Position numbers and translations under genes: made by a program
Assembly: GCA_021848885.1 (NCBI GenBank)
Contig: JAJZTN010000003.1
Location: forward strand, 1-45,360
Origin: Actinomycetes bacterium
Lineage (GTDB): Bacteria; Actinomycetota; Actinomycetes; JAJZTN01
Length of the DNA stretch: 45,360 nt
Direction: 5' to 3'
Notes under the pieces: model-generated
What the model was told of the DNA's origin: nothing
Databases searched by the model: none
The model's input: only the letters and a program-made list of their open reading frames with translations
Shown here: in pieces, positions 8,599 to 20,749 of the stretch
Layout of the letters: every line of letters starts with the position of its first letter
Numbering within the stretch: the first letter of the stretch is position 1

Positions 8599-9884
8599 GG
8601 CAGCGGCCCCGCCCCCGCGACCGGGGTGGGACCGACCCGGGCGGTGCGCCCGCCGAGCCTGGCCCACAGCGCGCCGAGCTGATCGGTCCGGCTGGCCACC
8701 ACCACCCGCCACCCGGTCGAGGACAGCACGTCCGCATGCGAGCGGGCCAGCGCCGTGCCATCGCGACCAGCCCAGCTGTCGGTGTCCAGCAGCACGGCAA
8801 GGGCCGTGGTGCTGCCGTGCCGGGCGCGGGCCAGATCCGAGACGGTGTCGGAGTCCAGGCTCCCCGCCACCACGACCACCAGCCCGTCGCCACCGCCGCG
8901 GCGCAGCAGGTGCAGCGCCGGGTCCAGGTCGGGCCGCGGGGAGGTCTCGATCACCGCGAGCTCGTCGAGCAGCCACCCCTCCGCGGCCGCGGACGCTCCG
9001 GTGCTCTCCCACGCGGTCATGGCATGTCGGGCTCCCTCGGCGTCCAGCAGGCGGACCGCGTAGCGCCGCCGGATCAGGTGCACCCCGATCGAGGCGGCCG
9101 CCGAGACGGCGAACTCGAAGGAGGAGGCGGCCCCGGCGCCCAGGTGCGCGCCGGCCCGGGAGTCGACCAGCACACTGGCCCGGCTCTGCCAGGGACGCTC
9201 CTCGCGGCGCACCATGAGCTCACCGCGGCGGGCCGTGGCCGGCCAGTGCACCCGGCGCAGCTCGTCACCGTGGCGGTACTCCCGGGTGGCGACGTCGTCC
9301 TCACCGGCCGCGGCGACGGCCCGGGCCGGGCTGTTGGCATCACCGGCCCAGTCCCCACCCAGGTGCAGCGCGGGCAGCGGCTCGTGGGGCGGGGTGACGA
9401 TGAGGCTGTCCGTCGCGCTGAGCGTGCGGGTGAGCTCGCACATCCCGAAGGGGTCGCTCACCGTCAGGCGCAGCGGGCCGAGCTGGTAGCGCCCTCGGGT
9501 GCCCGGGTGCAGCGGGTAGGTCAGGTAGCGGCGGGCACCGTGCTCGAAGCGGTCCAGCACGAAACGCGGGCTGCGGCCCAGCGGCGCGGGCACGGCGTCC
9601 TGCAGCCGCACCCCGGAGACCAGCCTGGAGAGGTTCTCCACCTCGACGAGGACCTCACCCGTCGTACCGGCCGGCATCCGGCCGGGCTCGACGTGACGCC
9701 GGCAGGACAGCAGGCACCGGGCGCGGGCCGTGGCAGCCGCCGACACCAGCGGCAGGGCGACGAGCAGGACCCCGGCGCGGGCCAGGTCGCGCTGGCCCAG
9801 CAGCACCGCGCACGCCAGCGCGCTCAGCCCGGCGGCCAGGAACGCCCTGCCGCGCAGGGTCAGGCTGTGCACTGCGGCGCGCAT
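8595..9884 (-). CDS. DUF58 domain protein
   Basis: REYRHGDELRRVHWPATARRGELMVR signature; DPFG; FEFAVSAAAS. Confidence 0.9.
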   Translation of the reverse strand: MRAAVHSLTLRGRAFLAAGLSALACAVLLGQRDLARAGVLLVALPLVSAAATARARCLLSCRRHVEPGRMPAGTTGEVLVEVENLSRLVSGVRLQDAVPAPLGRSPRFVLDRFEHGARRYLTYPLHPGTRGRYQLGPLRLTVSDPFGMCELTRTLSATDSLIVTPPHEPLPALHLGGDWAGDANSPARAVAAAGEDDVATREYRHGDELRRVHWPATARRGELMVRREERPWQSRASVLVDSRAGAHLGAGAASSFEFAVSAAASIGVHLIRRRYAVRLLDAEGARHAMTAWESTGASAAAEGWLLDELAVIETSPRPDLDPALHLLRRGGGDGLVVVVAGSLDSDTVSDLARARHGSTTALAVLLDTDSWAGRDGTALARSHADVLSSTGWRVVVASRTDQLGALWARLGGRTARVGPTPVAGAGPLP

Positions 9885-9890
9885 GTCAGG

Positions 9891-10895
<1,005 letters not shown>

Positions 10896-11100
10896 CTGTC
10901 CTCCTCGGCCCGCTGGTGCCCTCGGGCCCCGGGCATGGCACCTGCGCGGGGGCGGGCGCCTCCACGGTGAGCTGCGCACCGAAGGCGTGCCTGCGGTGCG
11001 CCACCGAGTCTGACAAATCGTGGCCCCGCCCGCGACCGAGGCCGGCCAGCAGTCGCGGCCGGCGGTGGCCTGACCTGCCGGCGTAGTGGAGCGTCGATCA

Positions 11101-11162
11101 TTGACCGTGGTGCGTCATGGAGTAGAGTGGAGCGCAATGGAGGCTTGGGGAGCACAAGGGAT
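11101..11162 (+). promoter_or_regulatory. mraZ/dcw promoter overlapped by MraZ-type direct repeats
   Basis: TTGACC-N16-TAGAGT; GTGGTG, ATGGAG, GTGGAG, ATGGAG, GGGGAG, AGGGAT at exact 10-bp period (11107-11162). Confidence 0.8.
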
Positions 11163-11183
11163 CAAGGGCGGGGAGGTGGGGAC

Positions 11184-11621
11184 GTGCCGCTGTTCGTCGG
11201 CACCCACGAGCCGCGCCTCGACGAGAAGGGCCGGATCTTCCTGCCGGCCAGGTTCCGCGACGGGCTCGCCCAGGGCCTGGTCATGACAAGGGGCCAGGAG
11301 CACTGCATCACCGTGTTCCCGAAGGAGGAGTTCCTCCGGATCACCGAGCAGATGCGGACCCTGCCGATGTCCAACCGACGCTCGCGCGACTACGTGCGGG
11401 TGCTCCTCTCCGGCGCCCACGACGACATCCCCGACCGGCAGGGTCGGGTCACCATTCCCACCGCGCTGCGCGACTACGCCGGGCTGTCCCGGGACTGCAC
11501 CGTCATCGGCGCCGGCCCGCGGGTGGAGATATGGGACAGCGCCACCTGGGCCCGCTACCTGTCCGAGACCGAGCAGGACTTCTCCGACCTGTCCGAGGAG
11601 GTGCTGCCGGGCCTCATCTAG
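11184..11621 (+). CDS. mraZ: Division/cell wall cluster transcriptional repressor MraZ
   Basis: [33 protein letters not shown]; GGAGG RBS. Confidence 0.96.
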   Translation: MPLFVGTHEPRLDEKGRIFLPARFRDGLAQGLVMTRGQEHCITVFPKEEFLRITEQMRTLPMSNRRSRDYVRVLLSGAHDDIPDRQGRVTIPTALRDYAGLSRDCTVIGAGPRVEIWDSATWARYLSETEQDFSDLSEEVLPGLI

Positions 11622-11626
11622 GCCAG

Positions 11627-11726
11627 CCGTGCACCGAGGTCTCCACCCGCTGTCGTCTTCTGGCTCCCCTTCCCCGGTGCCAGAGGGCCCTTCCCTCCCC
11701 AAGCGGTTGGAGACCTGGGCGCACGG
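11627..11726 (+). ncRNA. mraW RNA motif-like hairpin (actinobacterial cis element)
   Basis: Long stem CCGTGC..GGTCTCCA.CCGCT / AGCGG.TGGAGACC..GCACGG, inner TCTGGC/GCCAGA stem, CTTCCCC loop at 11669-11675; lies between mraZ and rsmH. Confidence 0.8.
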
Positions 11727-11852
11727 ACCGGGCCCAGCCCCCGACCACCGCCAAACAGCCGGGCCGCCGTGCGCGCCCGCCGAGACCGCACACCAGTTCC
11801 TGCTTCTTCCTGTTTCGCAGGCGCCGCCGCGACCGGTGCCGGGAGGGTCGAG

Positions 11853-12827
11853 ATGTCCGCGACGGGTCGCCAGGCTCGAGCCGGGGAGCACGTCCCCGTC
11901 ATGCTCGAACGATGCCTGGCCCTGCTGGCACCGGCCCTGGCCGCCCCGGCGCCCGTCGTCGTCGACGCCACCGTGGGGCTCGGAGGGCACAGCGAGGCGC
12001 TGCTGGCCCGCCACAGCGAGCTGCGCCTGGTGGGGCTGGACCGTGACCCAGAGGCGCTGCGCTCCTGCGGTGCGCGCCTGGCGTCGTACGCATCCCGGGT
12101 CAGCCTGGTGCACGCCGTGTACGACGAGCTGCCCGCGGTGCTCGCCGAGCTCGGGCTGGCCCGGGTGCACGGTGTGCTCTTCGACCTCGGCGTCTCCTCC
12201 ATGCAGCTGGACAACGCCGAGCGCGGCTTCACCTACAGCGCCGACGCCCCGCTGGACATGCGGATGGACCAGGGCGGCGGGCCGAGTGCCGCCGAGGTTG
12301 TCAACACCTACCCGGCGGGGGAGCTGGCCCGGGTGCTGCGTGAGTACGGCGAGGAGCGCTTCGCCGCCCGCATCGCCGCGCGGATCGTCAAGGAGCGGAC
12401 CCACGAGCCGTTCACCGGCACGGCCCGGCTGGCCGAGCTGGTGCGCGAGGCCATCCCCGCCGCGGCCCGCCGCAGCGGTGGGCATCCGGCCAAGCGCACC
12501 TTCCAGGCCCTGCGGATCGAGGTCAACGGCGAGCTGCGCGCGCTGCGAGAGGCGTTGCCGGCGGCGCTGGCCGCGCTGGGTGTCGGGGGGCGGGTGGTGG
12601 TGCTCAGCTACCACTCGCTGGAGGACCGCATCGTCAAGCAGACCCTGGCCGCGGGGGCCAGCTCCAGCGCTCCTCCGGACCTGCCCGTGCTGCCCGAGCA
12701 GTCCCGCCCCTGGCTGCGGCTGCTCACCCGGGGCGCCGAGCGGCCCAGCGCGGCCGAGCTCGCCGACAACCCCAGGGCCGCCTCGGCCCGGCTGCGCGCC
12801 GCCGAGCGGGTCCGGGAGGCGGCGTGA
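11853..12827 (+). CDS. rsmH: 16S rRNA m4C1402 methyltransferase RsmH (MraW)
   Basis: [52 protein letters not shown]. Confidence 0.97.
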   Translation: MSATGRQARAGEHVPVMLERCLALLAPALAAPAPVVVDATVGLGGHSEALLARHSELRLVGLDRDPEALRSCGARLASYASRVSLVHAVYDELPAVLAELGLARVHGVLFDLGVSSMQLDNAERGFTYSADAPLDMRMDQGGGPSAAEVVNTYPAGELARVLREYGEERFAARIAARIVKERTHEPFTGTARLAELVREAIPAAARRSGGHPAKRTFQALRIEVNGELRALREALPAALAALGVGGRVVVLSYHSLEDRIVKQTLAAGASSSAPPDLPVLPEQSRPWLRLLTRGAERPSAAELADNPRAASARLRAAERVREAA

Positions 12828-13462
12828 GTGCGCTGCCCACGGCCACCCGTCTGGCCCCGGCCTGCCCGGGAGCCCGCAGCATGCCCCACCCGGGGCCGAA
12901 CCGCACCGAGCTGCGGCTGGTGCCCGCACCCAGGCGGCGCCGGGCCGCTCGTGCGCCGTTCGTCGTCATGGTGCTGGGCCTGCTGGCCGGTGGACTGGTC
13001 GGGCTGCTGCTGCTCAACACCGTCCTGGCCCAGGGCGCCTTCACGGTCAGTGACCTCAAGAAGCGCGTCTCGGCGCTGACCGACCAGGAGCAGGCGCTGC
13101 TGCAGGTGGTCGCCGCGGAGCAGGCTCCGCAGAAGCTGGCCACTCGGGCCCTCGCGCTGGGCATGGTGCCCAGCACGAACCCGGCCTTCATCCGGCTCTC
13201 CGACGGTGCGGTGCTGGGGGTCCCGGCGCCGGGGCGGGCACCGAAGGTGCTGCCGGGTCCGTTGTCCCTGCCCCCGGCACCAGCCCCGACGGCCACCCCC
13301 AGCGGAACACCCCGGCCGGGCGCAAGCGGGACGGCCACCGCGACCCGGCCGGCCAGCAGGCCCTCGCCCAGCGGCTCACCCAAACCCACGCCCCAGCCCA
13401 CGGCCGGGACCGCGCCGAAGCCCACCGTGAGCCCGACACCGTCACCGCGGAGCAGCCGATGA
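12824..13462 (+). CDS. ftsL: FtsL-like cell division protein with Pro/Thr/Ser-rich tail
   Basis: Sits between rsmH and ftsI; RAPF + TM + LLLLNT + coiled coil + ALGMVP. Confidence 0.8.
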   Translation: MSALPTATRLAPACPGARSMPHPGPNRTELRLVPAPRRRRAARAPFVVMVLGLLAGGLVGLLLLNTVLAQGAFTVSDLKKRVSALTDQEQALLQVVAAEQAPQKLATRALALGMVPSTNPAFIRLSDGAVLGVPAPGRAPKVLPGPLSLPPAPAPTATPSGTPRPGASGTATATRPASRPSPSGSPKPTPQPTAGTAPKPTVSPTPSPRSSR

Positions 13463-15282
13463 CCCAGCCGCGTCCGGGTGGCCCGCGGCGGCGCCCCGCG
13501 GCGACGCCGCGCGGGCGTGGCGCACCATCCCGGCCCCGCACGCCGCGCCGCAGTCCCCGGCCGCGCCCCGTGGGGCTGCGGCTGGCCGACAGCGGCCGAC
13601 GGACCCGGGCGGCCCTGCTGGTCTTCGCCTTCATCCTGTCGTTGTTCGCCGGGCGCCTGGTGCAGCTGCAGGGCATCGACGCGGCCGCCTACGCCGCCGA
13701 TGCGACCCAGCTGACCACCGTCGCCCTGCAGGCCACCCGTGGCACGATCCGCGACGACAAGGGTTACCCGCTGGCCACCTCGGTGCAGGCGGTCAACATC
13801 ACCACCGACCAGACCCTGGTGACGAACCCGTCCGCGGAGGCCGCCCAGCTCGCCCCGCTGGTCGGTGTGGACGCGGCGACCCTCACCCGACGGCTGAGCG
13901 GCACCGCCCGCTTCGCCTATGTCGCCAAGCTGGTCACCCCGGCCACCTGGAAGAAGGTCGAGGCGCTGAACCTGGCGGGCATCTTCGCCGAGAAGACCTC
14001 CAAGCGGGTCTACCCGGCCGGGCCGCTGGCGGCCAACGTCATCGGGTTCGTGGGAGCCGACGGTTCGGGTCTCGGCGGGCTGGAGTACCAGCTGCAGAAC
14101 GAGCTGGCCGGTCGCAACGGCTCGGCCACCTTCGACTCGGCGGGGGGGCTGGCTATCCCCGGTGCCGGCGGCTCGACCACCCCGCCGCTGCCGGGTGCGG
14201 ACGTGTGGCTGACCATCGACCGGGACGTGCAGTGGGAGGCGCAGCAGGCCATAACCGCCGCCGTGCACTCCAGCCGTGCGCTCAGCGGCACCGTCGTGGT
14301 GATGTCCCCCGGGACCGGGCAGATCCTGGCGCTGGCCACCGCTCCGACGTTCGACCCCAACAACCCGGGGGCCGCCCCCGCCGCGGACCGGGGCAACCGG
14401 GCGCTGACCGAGGCCTACGAGCCGGGCAGCACTGGCAAGGTGATCACCGCCTCGGCGCTGCTGTCGAACAACCTCATCACCCCGCAGACCCGGTTGACCG
14501 TGCCGAACCGGATCTCGCGGGGCGGGCAGTCCTTCAAGGACTACTTCAACCACGGTGATCTCAAGCTGACCTACGCCGGCACCATCGCGCTCTCGTCCAA
14601 CATCGGCACGATCGAGGCCGCCGACCGGCTCGGTGGCATGACCCGCCTCTACCCCTACCTGCGCGCGTTCGGGCTGGGCCGCCCGCTCGGGCTGGACTTC
14701 CCGGGCGCGAACCCCGGCATCGTCCCGCCGCCGTCGCAGTGGTCGGCGACCACCGGGTACACCATGACCTTCGGGCAGGGCTATTCGGTCAACGCCGTAC
14801 AGATGGCCTCGGTCTACGCCACCATCGCCAATGGCGGGGTCCGGGTCAGCCCGAGCCTGGTGAAGCAGACGGTCACCCCCGACGGTGTGGTGCACCCCGC
14901 CGCGACCCCGGCCCGGACCCGGGTGATCAGCCCCAGCGTGGCCGCCGAGATCACCGAGATGCTCGAGGGCGTGGTCGGCCCCGGTGGCACCGGGCCGGAG
15001 GCTCGCATCGCCGGCTACCGGGTGGCCGGCAAGACCGGCACCGCCAACCGGTACGACGCCTCCTGCGGCTGCTACCGCGGCTACACGATGTCCTTCATCG
15101 GGTTCGCCCCGGCCGACAACCCTCAGGTCGTCGTCGCGGTCACCCTGCAGAACCCCGACGGTGGTGGCGGCGGCTCGCTGGCCGGTCCGGTCTTCCGCCA
15201 GGTGATGCAGTTCACGCTGCAGACCGAGCAGGTCCCGCCCACGGGCGCGGCGGCTCCGCGCGTGCAGATCTTCTGGAAGTGA
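13459..15282 (+). CDS. ftsI: Class B penicillin-binding protein FtsI
   Basis: RGTI, RVYP, EPGSTGK (SxxK), SSN (SxN), KTGT; N-terminal TM. Confidence 0.95.
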   Translation: MTQPRPGGPRRRPAATPRGRGAPSRPRTPRRSPRPRPVGLRLADSGRRTRAALLVFAFILSLFAGRLVQLQGIDAAAYAADATQLTTVALQATRGTIRDDKGYPLATSVQAVNITTDQTLVTNPSAEAAQLAPLVGVDAATLTRRLSGTARFAYVAKLVTPATWKKVEALNLAGIFAEKTSKRVYPAGPLAANVIGFVGADGSGLGGLEYQLQNELAGRNGSATFDSAGGLAIPGAGGSTTPPLPGADVWLTIDRDVQWEAQQAITAAVHSSRALSGTVVVMSPGTGQILALATAPTFDPNNPGAAPAADRGNRALTEAYEPGSTGKVITASALLSNNLITPQTRLTVPNRISRGGQSFKDYFNHGDLKLTYAGTIALSSNIGTIEAADRLGGMTRLYPYLRAFGLGRPLGLDFPGANPGIVPPPSQWSATTGYTMTFGQGYSVNAVQMASVYATIANGGVRVSPSLVKQTVTPDGVVHPAATPARTRVISPSVAAEITEMLEGVVGPGGTGPEARIAGYRVAGKTGTANRYDASCGCYRGYTMSFIGFAPADNPQVVVAVTLQNPDGGGGGSLAGPVFRQVMQFTLQTEQVPPTGAAAPRVQIFWK

Positions 15283-15298
15283 CCGGTAGCCTCTCGCC

Positions 15299-16846
15299 GT
15301 GCTCAGCCCCCCCGTCGACCTGCGCCCCCAGGCGGTGTCCGGCTGTGGGCTCGCCAGCGTGGCGACGCTGCTCGGGGTGGCGGTGCCGGGCGGGGCCGAG
15401 CGGGTGTGGCTGAGCGGGGTCACCCACGACTCCCACTCGGTGCGTCCCGGGGATCTCTACGTGGCGCTGCCGGGCAGCGCCACCCACGGCGCGCACCATG
15501 TCGGGGCGGCGGCGAGCGCCGGGGCCGTGGCCGTGCTGACCGACCCCAGCGGGGGGCAGGAGGCATCCGCCAGCGGCCTGCCAGTCCTCGTCGTGCCCGA
15601 CCCGAGGGCCCGGCTGGGTGCGGTGGCCGCCCAGGTCTACGGCCAGCCGGCCACCGGGCTGCGGCTGCTCGGGGTGACCGGAACCAACGGCAAGACCACC
15701 ACGGCGCACCTGGTCGAAGCCGGCCTCACCGCCGCCGGGGAGCGAGCCGGGCTGGTGGGCACGGTGGAGATCCGGGTGGCCGGGCAGGCGGTCCCCAGCC
15801 GGCGCACCACACCGGAGGCGACCGACCTGCAGGGACTGCTCGCGCTGATGCGTGAGCGCGGGGTGAGCACGGTGGCCATGGAGGTCTCCAGCCACGCCCT
15901 GGTGCTCGGCCGGGTCGACGGGATCGTCTACGACGTGGCCGTCTTCACCAACCTCGGGCACGACCACCTGGACTTCCACGGCAGCATCGCGGACTACTTC
16001 GCCGCCAAGGCTGAGCTGTTCACCCCGCAACGTGCCCGCGCAGGGGTGGTCTGGCTCGACGAGTCCGGCTGGGGTCAGCGGCTGGCCGCGCAGGCCCGCG
16101 ACTCCGGGCTGGCCGTGACCACCGTCGCGGCCTCGCCGGGGGCGGACCTGCTGGTGGGCCCGCCCCGCCCGACCGGGCGGGCCGGGCAGTCGGGGCGGCT
16201 GACCGGGATGCTCGCCGGCAAGCCCATCGACCTCGAGTTCTCAGTCGACCTGCCCGGCAGCCACAACCTGGCCGACGCCGCCCTGGCCCTGGTCGGTCTG
16301 GCGCTTCTCGGCGTGGACCCGTGCCGGGCGACCGCCGGGGTGGGGGCCTGTCACGTGCCGGGGCGGATGGAGCCGGTCTGGGCCGGGCAGGACTTCCTCG
16401 CGGTGGTGGACTACGCCCACACCCCCGACGCGGTCAGCTGCACGCTGGCCACGTTGCGGGAGCGCACCGATCGCCGGCTGCTGGTCGTGCTGGGATGCGG
16501 TGGGGACCGGGATCAGGGCAAGCGCGCCGACATGGGCCGGATCGCGGCGGAGCTGGCCGACCTGGTCGTGATCACCGACGACAACCCCCGCTCCGAGCCC
16601 GCCGGGGGCATCCGGGAGCAGCTGCTGGCCGGGGCCCGTTCGGTGCCGGCGGCTCGGCGTGCCCAGGTGCAGGAGGTGGCCGACCGGAGGGCGGCCATCG
16701 AGTGGGCGGTGCGCTCGGCCGGTGCCGGTGACGTGCTCGCCGTGCTCGGCAAGGGCCACGAGACCGGGCAGGAGATCGCCGGGGTGCTGCACCCCTTCGA
16801 CGACCGCACCGAGCTGCGCGCGGCCATCCTCGGGGCCCCGGCGTGA
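15299..16846 (+). CDS. murE: UDP-MurNAc-dipeptide--diaminopimelate ligase
   Basis: GVTGTNGKTT, TTPE, MEVSSHA, DHLDFH, DYAHTP, DNPR, GKGHE. Confidence 0.96.
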   Translation: MLSPPVDLRPQAVSGCGLASVATLLGVAVPGGAERVWLSGVTHDSHSVRPGDLYVALPGSATHGAHHVGAAASAGAVAVLTDPSGGQEASASGLPVLVVPDPRARLGAVAAQVYGQPATGLRLLGVTGTNGKTTTAHLVEAGLTAAGERAGLVGTVEIRVAGQAVPSRRTTPEATDLQGLLALMRERGVSTVAMEVSSHALVLGRVDGIVYDVAVFTNLGHDHLDFHGSIADYFAAKAELFTPQRARAGVVWLDESGWGQRLAAQARDSGLAVTTVAASPGADLLVGPPRPTGRAGQSGRLTGMLAGKPIDLEFSVDLPGSHNLADAALALVGLALLGVDPCRATAGVGACHVPGRMEPVWAGQDFLAVVDYAHTPDAVSCTLATLRERTDRRLLVVLGCGGDRDQGKRADMGRIAAELADLVVITDDNPRSEPAGGIREQLLAGARSVPAARRAQVQEVADRRAAIEWAVRSAGAGDVLAVLGKGHETGQEIAGVLHPFDDRTELRAAILGAPA

Positions 16847-18225
16847 TCAACCTGACCTTGGGCGAGCTGGCCCAGGCCAGCGGGGCGCTGCTGCGCGGTG
16901 ACCCGAGTGTTCTGGTCACCGGGGTCAGCACCGACTCGCGAACCTGCACCGGTGGCGAGCTGTTCGTGGCCCTGCCGGGTGAGCGCACCGACGGACACCT
17001 GCATGTCGCCGACGCCCGCGACCGCGGTGCGGTCGCGGTGCTCGGCGCCCGTGAGGTCGCAGGGCCCGCCCTGCTCAGCCCCGACCCGTTGGCCGCGCTG
17101 GGCCGGATAGCGCGCGCCGTGCTGGACCGGCTAGCCAACGTTGCGGTCACCGCCGTCACCGGCTCCTCTGGCAAGACCGGCACCAAGGACCTCATCGGCG
17201 GGCTGCTGGCCCGGCTGGGCCCCACCGTGGCGCCCGCGGGTTCGATGAACAACGAGATAGGTCTGCCGCTGACCGTGCTGCGCTGCGACACCTCGACCCG
17301 CCACCTGGTCCTGGAGATGGGCGCCCGCGGGGTGGGGCACATCCGCTACCTGTGCGGCATCGCGCCCCCGCAGACCGCGGTGGTGCTCAATGTCGGGTCG
17401 GCGCACCTGGGAGAGTTCGGCAGTCGTGCGGCGATCGCGGCAGCCAAGGCCGAGCTGGTCGAGGGCCTGGCCGCCACGGCGGTCGCCGTGCTCAACGCCG
17501 ACGACCCGCTGGTGCGCGCGATGGCCCAGCGCACCGCCGCCCGGGTCGTGCTGGTCGGGGAGAGCGCCGACGCGGCGGTGCGGGCCGAGGACGTGCGGCT
17601 GGACACCTCCGGTCGGGCCAGCTTCGACCTGCTCACCCCGTCAGGCTCGGCCGAGGTCAGGCTGCGCTTGGTCGGTGAGCACCACGTGGCCAACAGCCTG
17701 GCCGCGGCCGCGGTGGCCTGTGAGCAGGGGATGGGCGTTGACGCGGTGGCCGAGGCGCTCTCGCGGGCCGAGCCGGTCAGCCGGTGGCGGATGGAGGTGC
17801 GTGAGCGCGCCGACGGGCTGGTCGTGGTCAACGACGCCTACAACGCCAACCCTGAGTCGATGCGCGCCGCGCTGAGCACCCTCGCGGCGATGGCGGGCGG
17901 GCGGCGTACCTGGGCGGTGCTCGGCGAGATGCGCGAGCTGGGGGAGGCCTCCATCTCCGAGCATGACGCGATCGGTCGGCTGGCGGTGCGGCTGGGGGTG
18001 GACCGTCTCGTCGCCGTCGGCGAGTCGGCTCGCCCGATCCAGCAGGGTGCCAGTCTCGAGGGCGCTGGACCGGGTGGGGCGCAATGGGTGCCCGACGTGG
18101 CCGAGGCGCTGCGACTGCTGGGTGCCGAGGCCGAGGCGCACGACATCGTGCTGGTCAAGGCGTCCCGGGCCCTCGGCCTGGAGCGGGTGGCGGCGGGGCT
18201 GCTGGGTGAGGACGTCGCCACATGA
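16843..18225 (+). CDS. murF: UDP-MurNAc-tripeptide--D-Ala-D-Ala ligase
   Basis: [44 protein letters not shown]. Confidence 0.96.
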   Translation: MINLTLGELAQASGALLRGDPSVLVTGVSTDSRTCTGGELFVALPGERTDGHLHVADARDRGAVAVLGAREVAGPALLSPDPLAALGRIARAVLDRLANVAVTAVTGSSGKTGTKDLIGGLLARLGPTVAPAGSMNNEIGLPLTVLRCDTSTRHLVLEMGARGVGHIRYLCGIAPPQTAVVLNVGSAHLGEFGSRAAIAAAKAELVEGLAATAVAVLNADDPLVRAMAQRTAARVVLVGESADAAVRAEDVRLDTSGRASFDLLTPSGSAEVRLRLVGEHHVANSLAAAAVACEQGMGVDAVAEALSRAEPVSRWRMEVRERADGLVVVNDAYNANPESMRAALSTLAAMAGGRRTWAVLGEMRELGEASISEHDAIGRLAVRLGVDRLVAVGESARPIQQGASLEGAGPGGAQWVPDVAEALRLLGAEAEAHDIVLVKASRALGLERVAAGLLGEDVAT

Positions 18226-19298
18226 GGATCGTGCTGTTCGCCGCGGTGGCTGGGCTGCTGGCCTCCCTCTTCGGCACCCCGGTGGCCATCCGGGTGCTGA
18301 TCCGGCGAGGCTACGGCCAGCTCATCCGCGACGACGGGCCGACCAGCCACCACACCAAGCGCGGCACCCCGACGATGGGCGGCACCGTCATCATCGCCGC
18401 GGTGCTGTTCGCCTACGCCGTGGCGCACGCCATCGCCGGGCGCGGCCCGACCGCCTCCGGCGTGCTCGTGCTGTTCCTGATGACCGGCCTGGGACTTGTC
18501 GGCTTCCTCGACGACTTCATCAAGGTGTCCAAGCAGCGCAGCCTAGGGCTGCGGGCGCGAGCGAAGCTGGCGGGCCAGTCCATCGTCGCGGTGACCTTCG
18601 CGGTGCTGGCGCTGCGCTTCCCGGACGAGCAGGGGTTGACCCCGGCATCGACGTACATCTCCTTCGTCCGTGACACGAGCCTGGACCTGGCCGCCTGGGG
18701 ACGAGGCTTCGGGGTGGCCGCCTTCGTCGTGTGGGCGTATGTGATGATCGCGGCCACCTCCAACGGAGTGAACCTCACCGACGGTCTGGACGGGCTGGCC
18801 ACGGGCGCCTCGGTGATGGTCTTCGGCGCCTACGTCATCGTCGGGGTCTGGGAGTTCGGCAACAGCTGCGCGAACAACCCGATCCCCAAGTGCTACATGG
18901 TGCGCGACCCGCTGGATCTCGCGGTGGTGGCGGCGGCCCTCATGGGTGCCTGCTTCGGCTTCCTGTGGTGGAACGCCTCCCCGGCCAAGATCTTCATGGG
19001 GGACACCGGGTCGCTGGCGCTGGGCGGGAGCGTGGCCGGGCTCGCGGTGGTCTCCCGCACCGAGATCCTGCTGCTGCTGCTGGGCGGACTCTTCGTGCTC
19101 ATCGCGGCCTCGGTCATCCTGCAGGTCGGCTTCTTCAAGATGACCGGCCGGCGTGTGCTGCGGATGGCCCCCCTGCAGCACCACTTCGAGCTCAAGGGGT
19201 GGGGCGAGGTCACCATCGTGATCCGCTTCTGGATCATCGCCGGACTCTTCGTCGCCGCGGGGATCTCGATGTTCTACGCCGAATGGGTCGTCGGCTGA
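18222..19298 (+). CDS. mraY: Phospho-MurNAc-pentapeptide transferase
   Basis: [43 protein letters not shown]. Confidence 0.97.
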   Translation: MRIVLFAAVAGLLASLFGTPVAIRVLIRRGYGQLIRDDGPTSHHTKRGTPTMGGTVIIAAVLFAYAVAHAIAGRGPTASGVLVLFLMTGLGLVGFLDDFIKVSKQRSLGLRARAKLAGQSIVAVTFAVLALRFPDEQGLTPASTYISFVRDTSLDLAAWGRGFGVAAFVVWAYVMIAATSNGVNLTDGLDGLATGASVMVFGAYVIVGVWEFGNSCANNPIPKCYMVRDPLDLAVVAAALMGACFGFLWWNASPAKIFMGDTGSLALGGSVAGLAVVSRTEILLLLLGGLFVLIAASVILQVGFFKMTGRRVLRMAPLQHHFELKGWGEVTIVIRFWIIAGLFVAAGISMFYAEWVVG

Positions 19299-20749
19299 TG
19301 GCCCCGTCGGTGGGAACGGGCCCGGACCTGCCCGGGCCTGGCGCCCGGGTCCTGGTGGCCGGGCTGGGGGTGTCCGGGCAGGCGGTCGCGCGGGCGTTGC
19401 TCGAGCTGGGCGCCCAGGTCCTGGGCGTGGAGGAGTCCGCCGGCCCGGCCGCTGCCGCCGCGGCCGACGCGCTGCGCCCGCTGGGGCTCGACGTGCGGGT
19501 CGGCCCGGCCTCGACGGACCTGCTGGCCGCCGTCGACCTGGTGGTCACCTCGCCAGGCTGGCGACCGGAGCACCCGCTGCTGCGCGCGGCCGCGGACGCC
19601 GGCGTGCCGGTGTGGGGTGAGGTCGAGCTGGCGTGGCGGATGCGCCCGCCAGGCCAGGCCTGGCTGGCCGTGACCGGAACGAACGGCAAGACGACCACCA
19701 CCCGGATGCTGGCCCGGATGCTGAGCGCCTCGGGAGCGCGCGCGGGCGCGGCCGGAAACGTCGGCACCCCCCTGGTCGAGGTGGTGCGTGCCGAGCCGGC
19801 GTTGCAGGTGCTGGCGGTGGAGCTGTCCAGCTTCCAGCTGCACTGGTCGGCCACCTTGGCCGTGCACTCGGCGGCGGTGCTCAACCTCGCCCCGGACCAC
19901 CTGGACTGGCACGGCTGCCTGCCGGCCTACCAGGAGGCGAAGGGCCGCATCTTCCGAGGTGTCCAGGTCGCCTGCGTCTACAACGTCGCGGACCCGGCCA
20001 CCGAGGAGCTGGCCCGGTCGGCCGAGGTCGCCGAGGGGGCCAGGCTGATCGGTTTCGGTCTCGGGGTGCCCCGCCCCGGGCAGCTGGGCATCATCGAGGA
20101 CCTGCTGGTGGACCGTGCCTTCCCGCCGGGCGCCGACGGTGTGGGAAGCGGCGCCACCGAGCTGGCCGCGGTGGCCGACATCGACCCGCCGTCCCCGCAC
20201 AACGTCGCCAACGCGCTGGCGGCCGCGGCCTTGGCCCGTGCCTTCGGGGTGCCGGCCGGGGCGGTGCGCGACGGGCTGCGCGGTTTCGTGCCCGACCCGC
20301 ACCGCCTCGCCCGCCTCGCCCGGGTCGAGGGGGTCGACTTCGTCGACGACTCCAAGGCCACCAACCCCCATGCCGCGGCCGCCTCGCTTGGTGCCTTCGC
20401 CTCGGTGGTGTGGGTGGCCGGTGGGTTGGCCAAGGGGGCCGACTTCGACGACCTCGTGCGGCAGGGTGCCTCTCGGCTGCGCGGGGTCGTCCTGCTCGGC
20501 CGGGACCGCGGGCTGATTCGCGACGCGCTGGCGCGACACGCCCCAGACGTCCCCGTCGTCGACATCGCCGGCACCGACACTGGGGTCATGGACGAGGTGG
20601 TGCGCGCGGCCGCCGGGCTGGCCCGGCCGGGGGACACCGTGCTGCTCGCACCGGCCTGCGCGTCGATGGACCTGTTCAGCAACTATGCCGCCCGCGGCGA
20701 CGCCTTCGCCGAGGCGGTCACCCGGCTGGCGCGGGGGGCCGGCCGGTGA
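19298..20749 (+). CDS. murD: UDP-MurNAc-L-Ala--D-Glu ligase
   Basis: GLGVSG, TGTNGKTTT, ELSSFQL, DHLDWH, DDSKATN, LLAPACAS. Confidence 0.96.
   Translation: MAPSVGTGPDLPGPGARVLVAGLGVSGQAVARALLELGAQVLGVEESAGPAAAAAADALRPLGLDVRVGPASTDLLAAVDLVVTSPGWRPEHPLLRAAADAGVPVWGEVELAWRMRPPGQAWLAVTGTNGKTTTTRMLARMLSASGARAGAAGNVGTPLVEVVRAEPALQVLAVELSSFQLHWSATLAVHSAAVLNLAPDHLDWHGCLPAYQEAKGRIFRGVQVACVYNVADPATEELARSAEVAEGARLIGFGLGVPRPGQLGIIEDLLVDRAFPPGADGVGSGATELAAVADIDPPSPHNVANALAAAALARAFGVPAGAVRDGLRGFVPDPHRLARLARVEGVDFVDDSKATNPHAAAASLGAFASVVWVAGGLAKGADFDDLVRQGASRLRGVVLLGRDRGLIRDALARHAPDVPVVDIAGTDTGVMDEVVRAAAGLARPGDTVLLAPACASMDLFSNYAARGDAFAEAVTRLARGAGR

Noticed and set aside
8599-9012. N-terminal ORF extensions (transglutaminase; likewise murD, ftsW, yggS, dnaE, hisD, hisC, hisF)
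   Set aside because: Open frames overlapping neighbouring genes; better starts with RBS or stop overlap lie downstream
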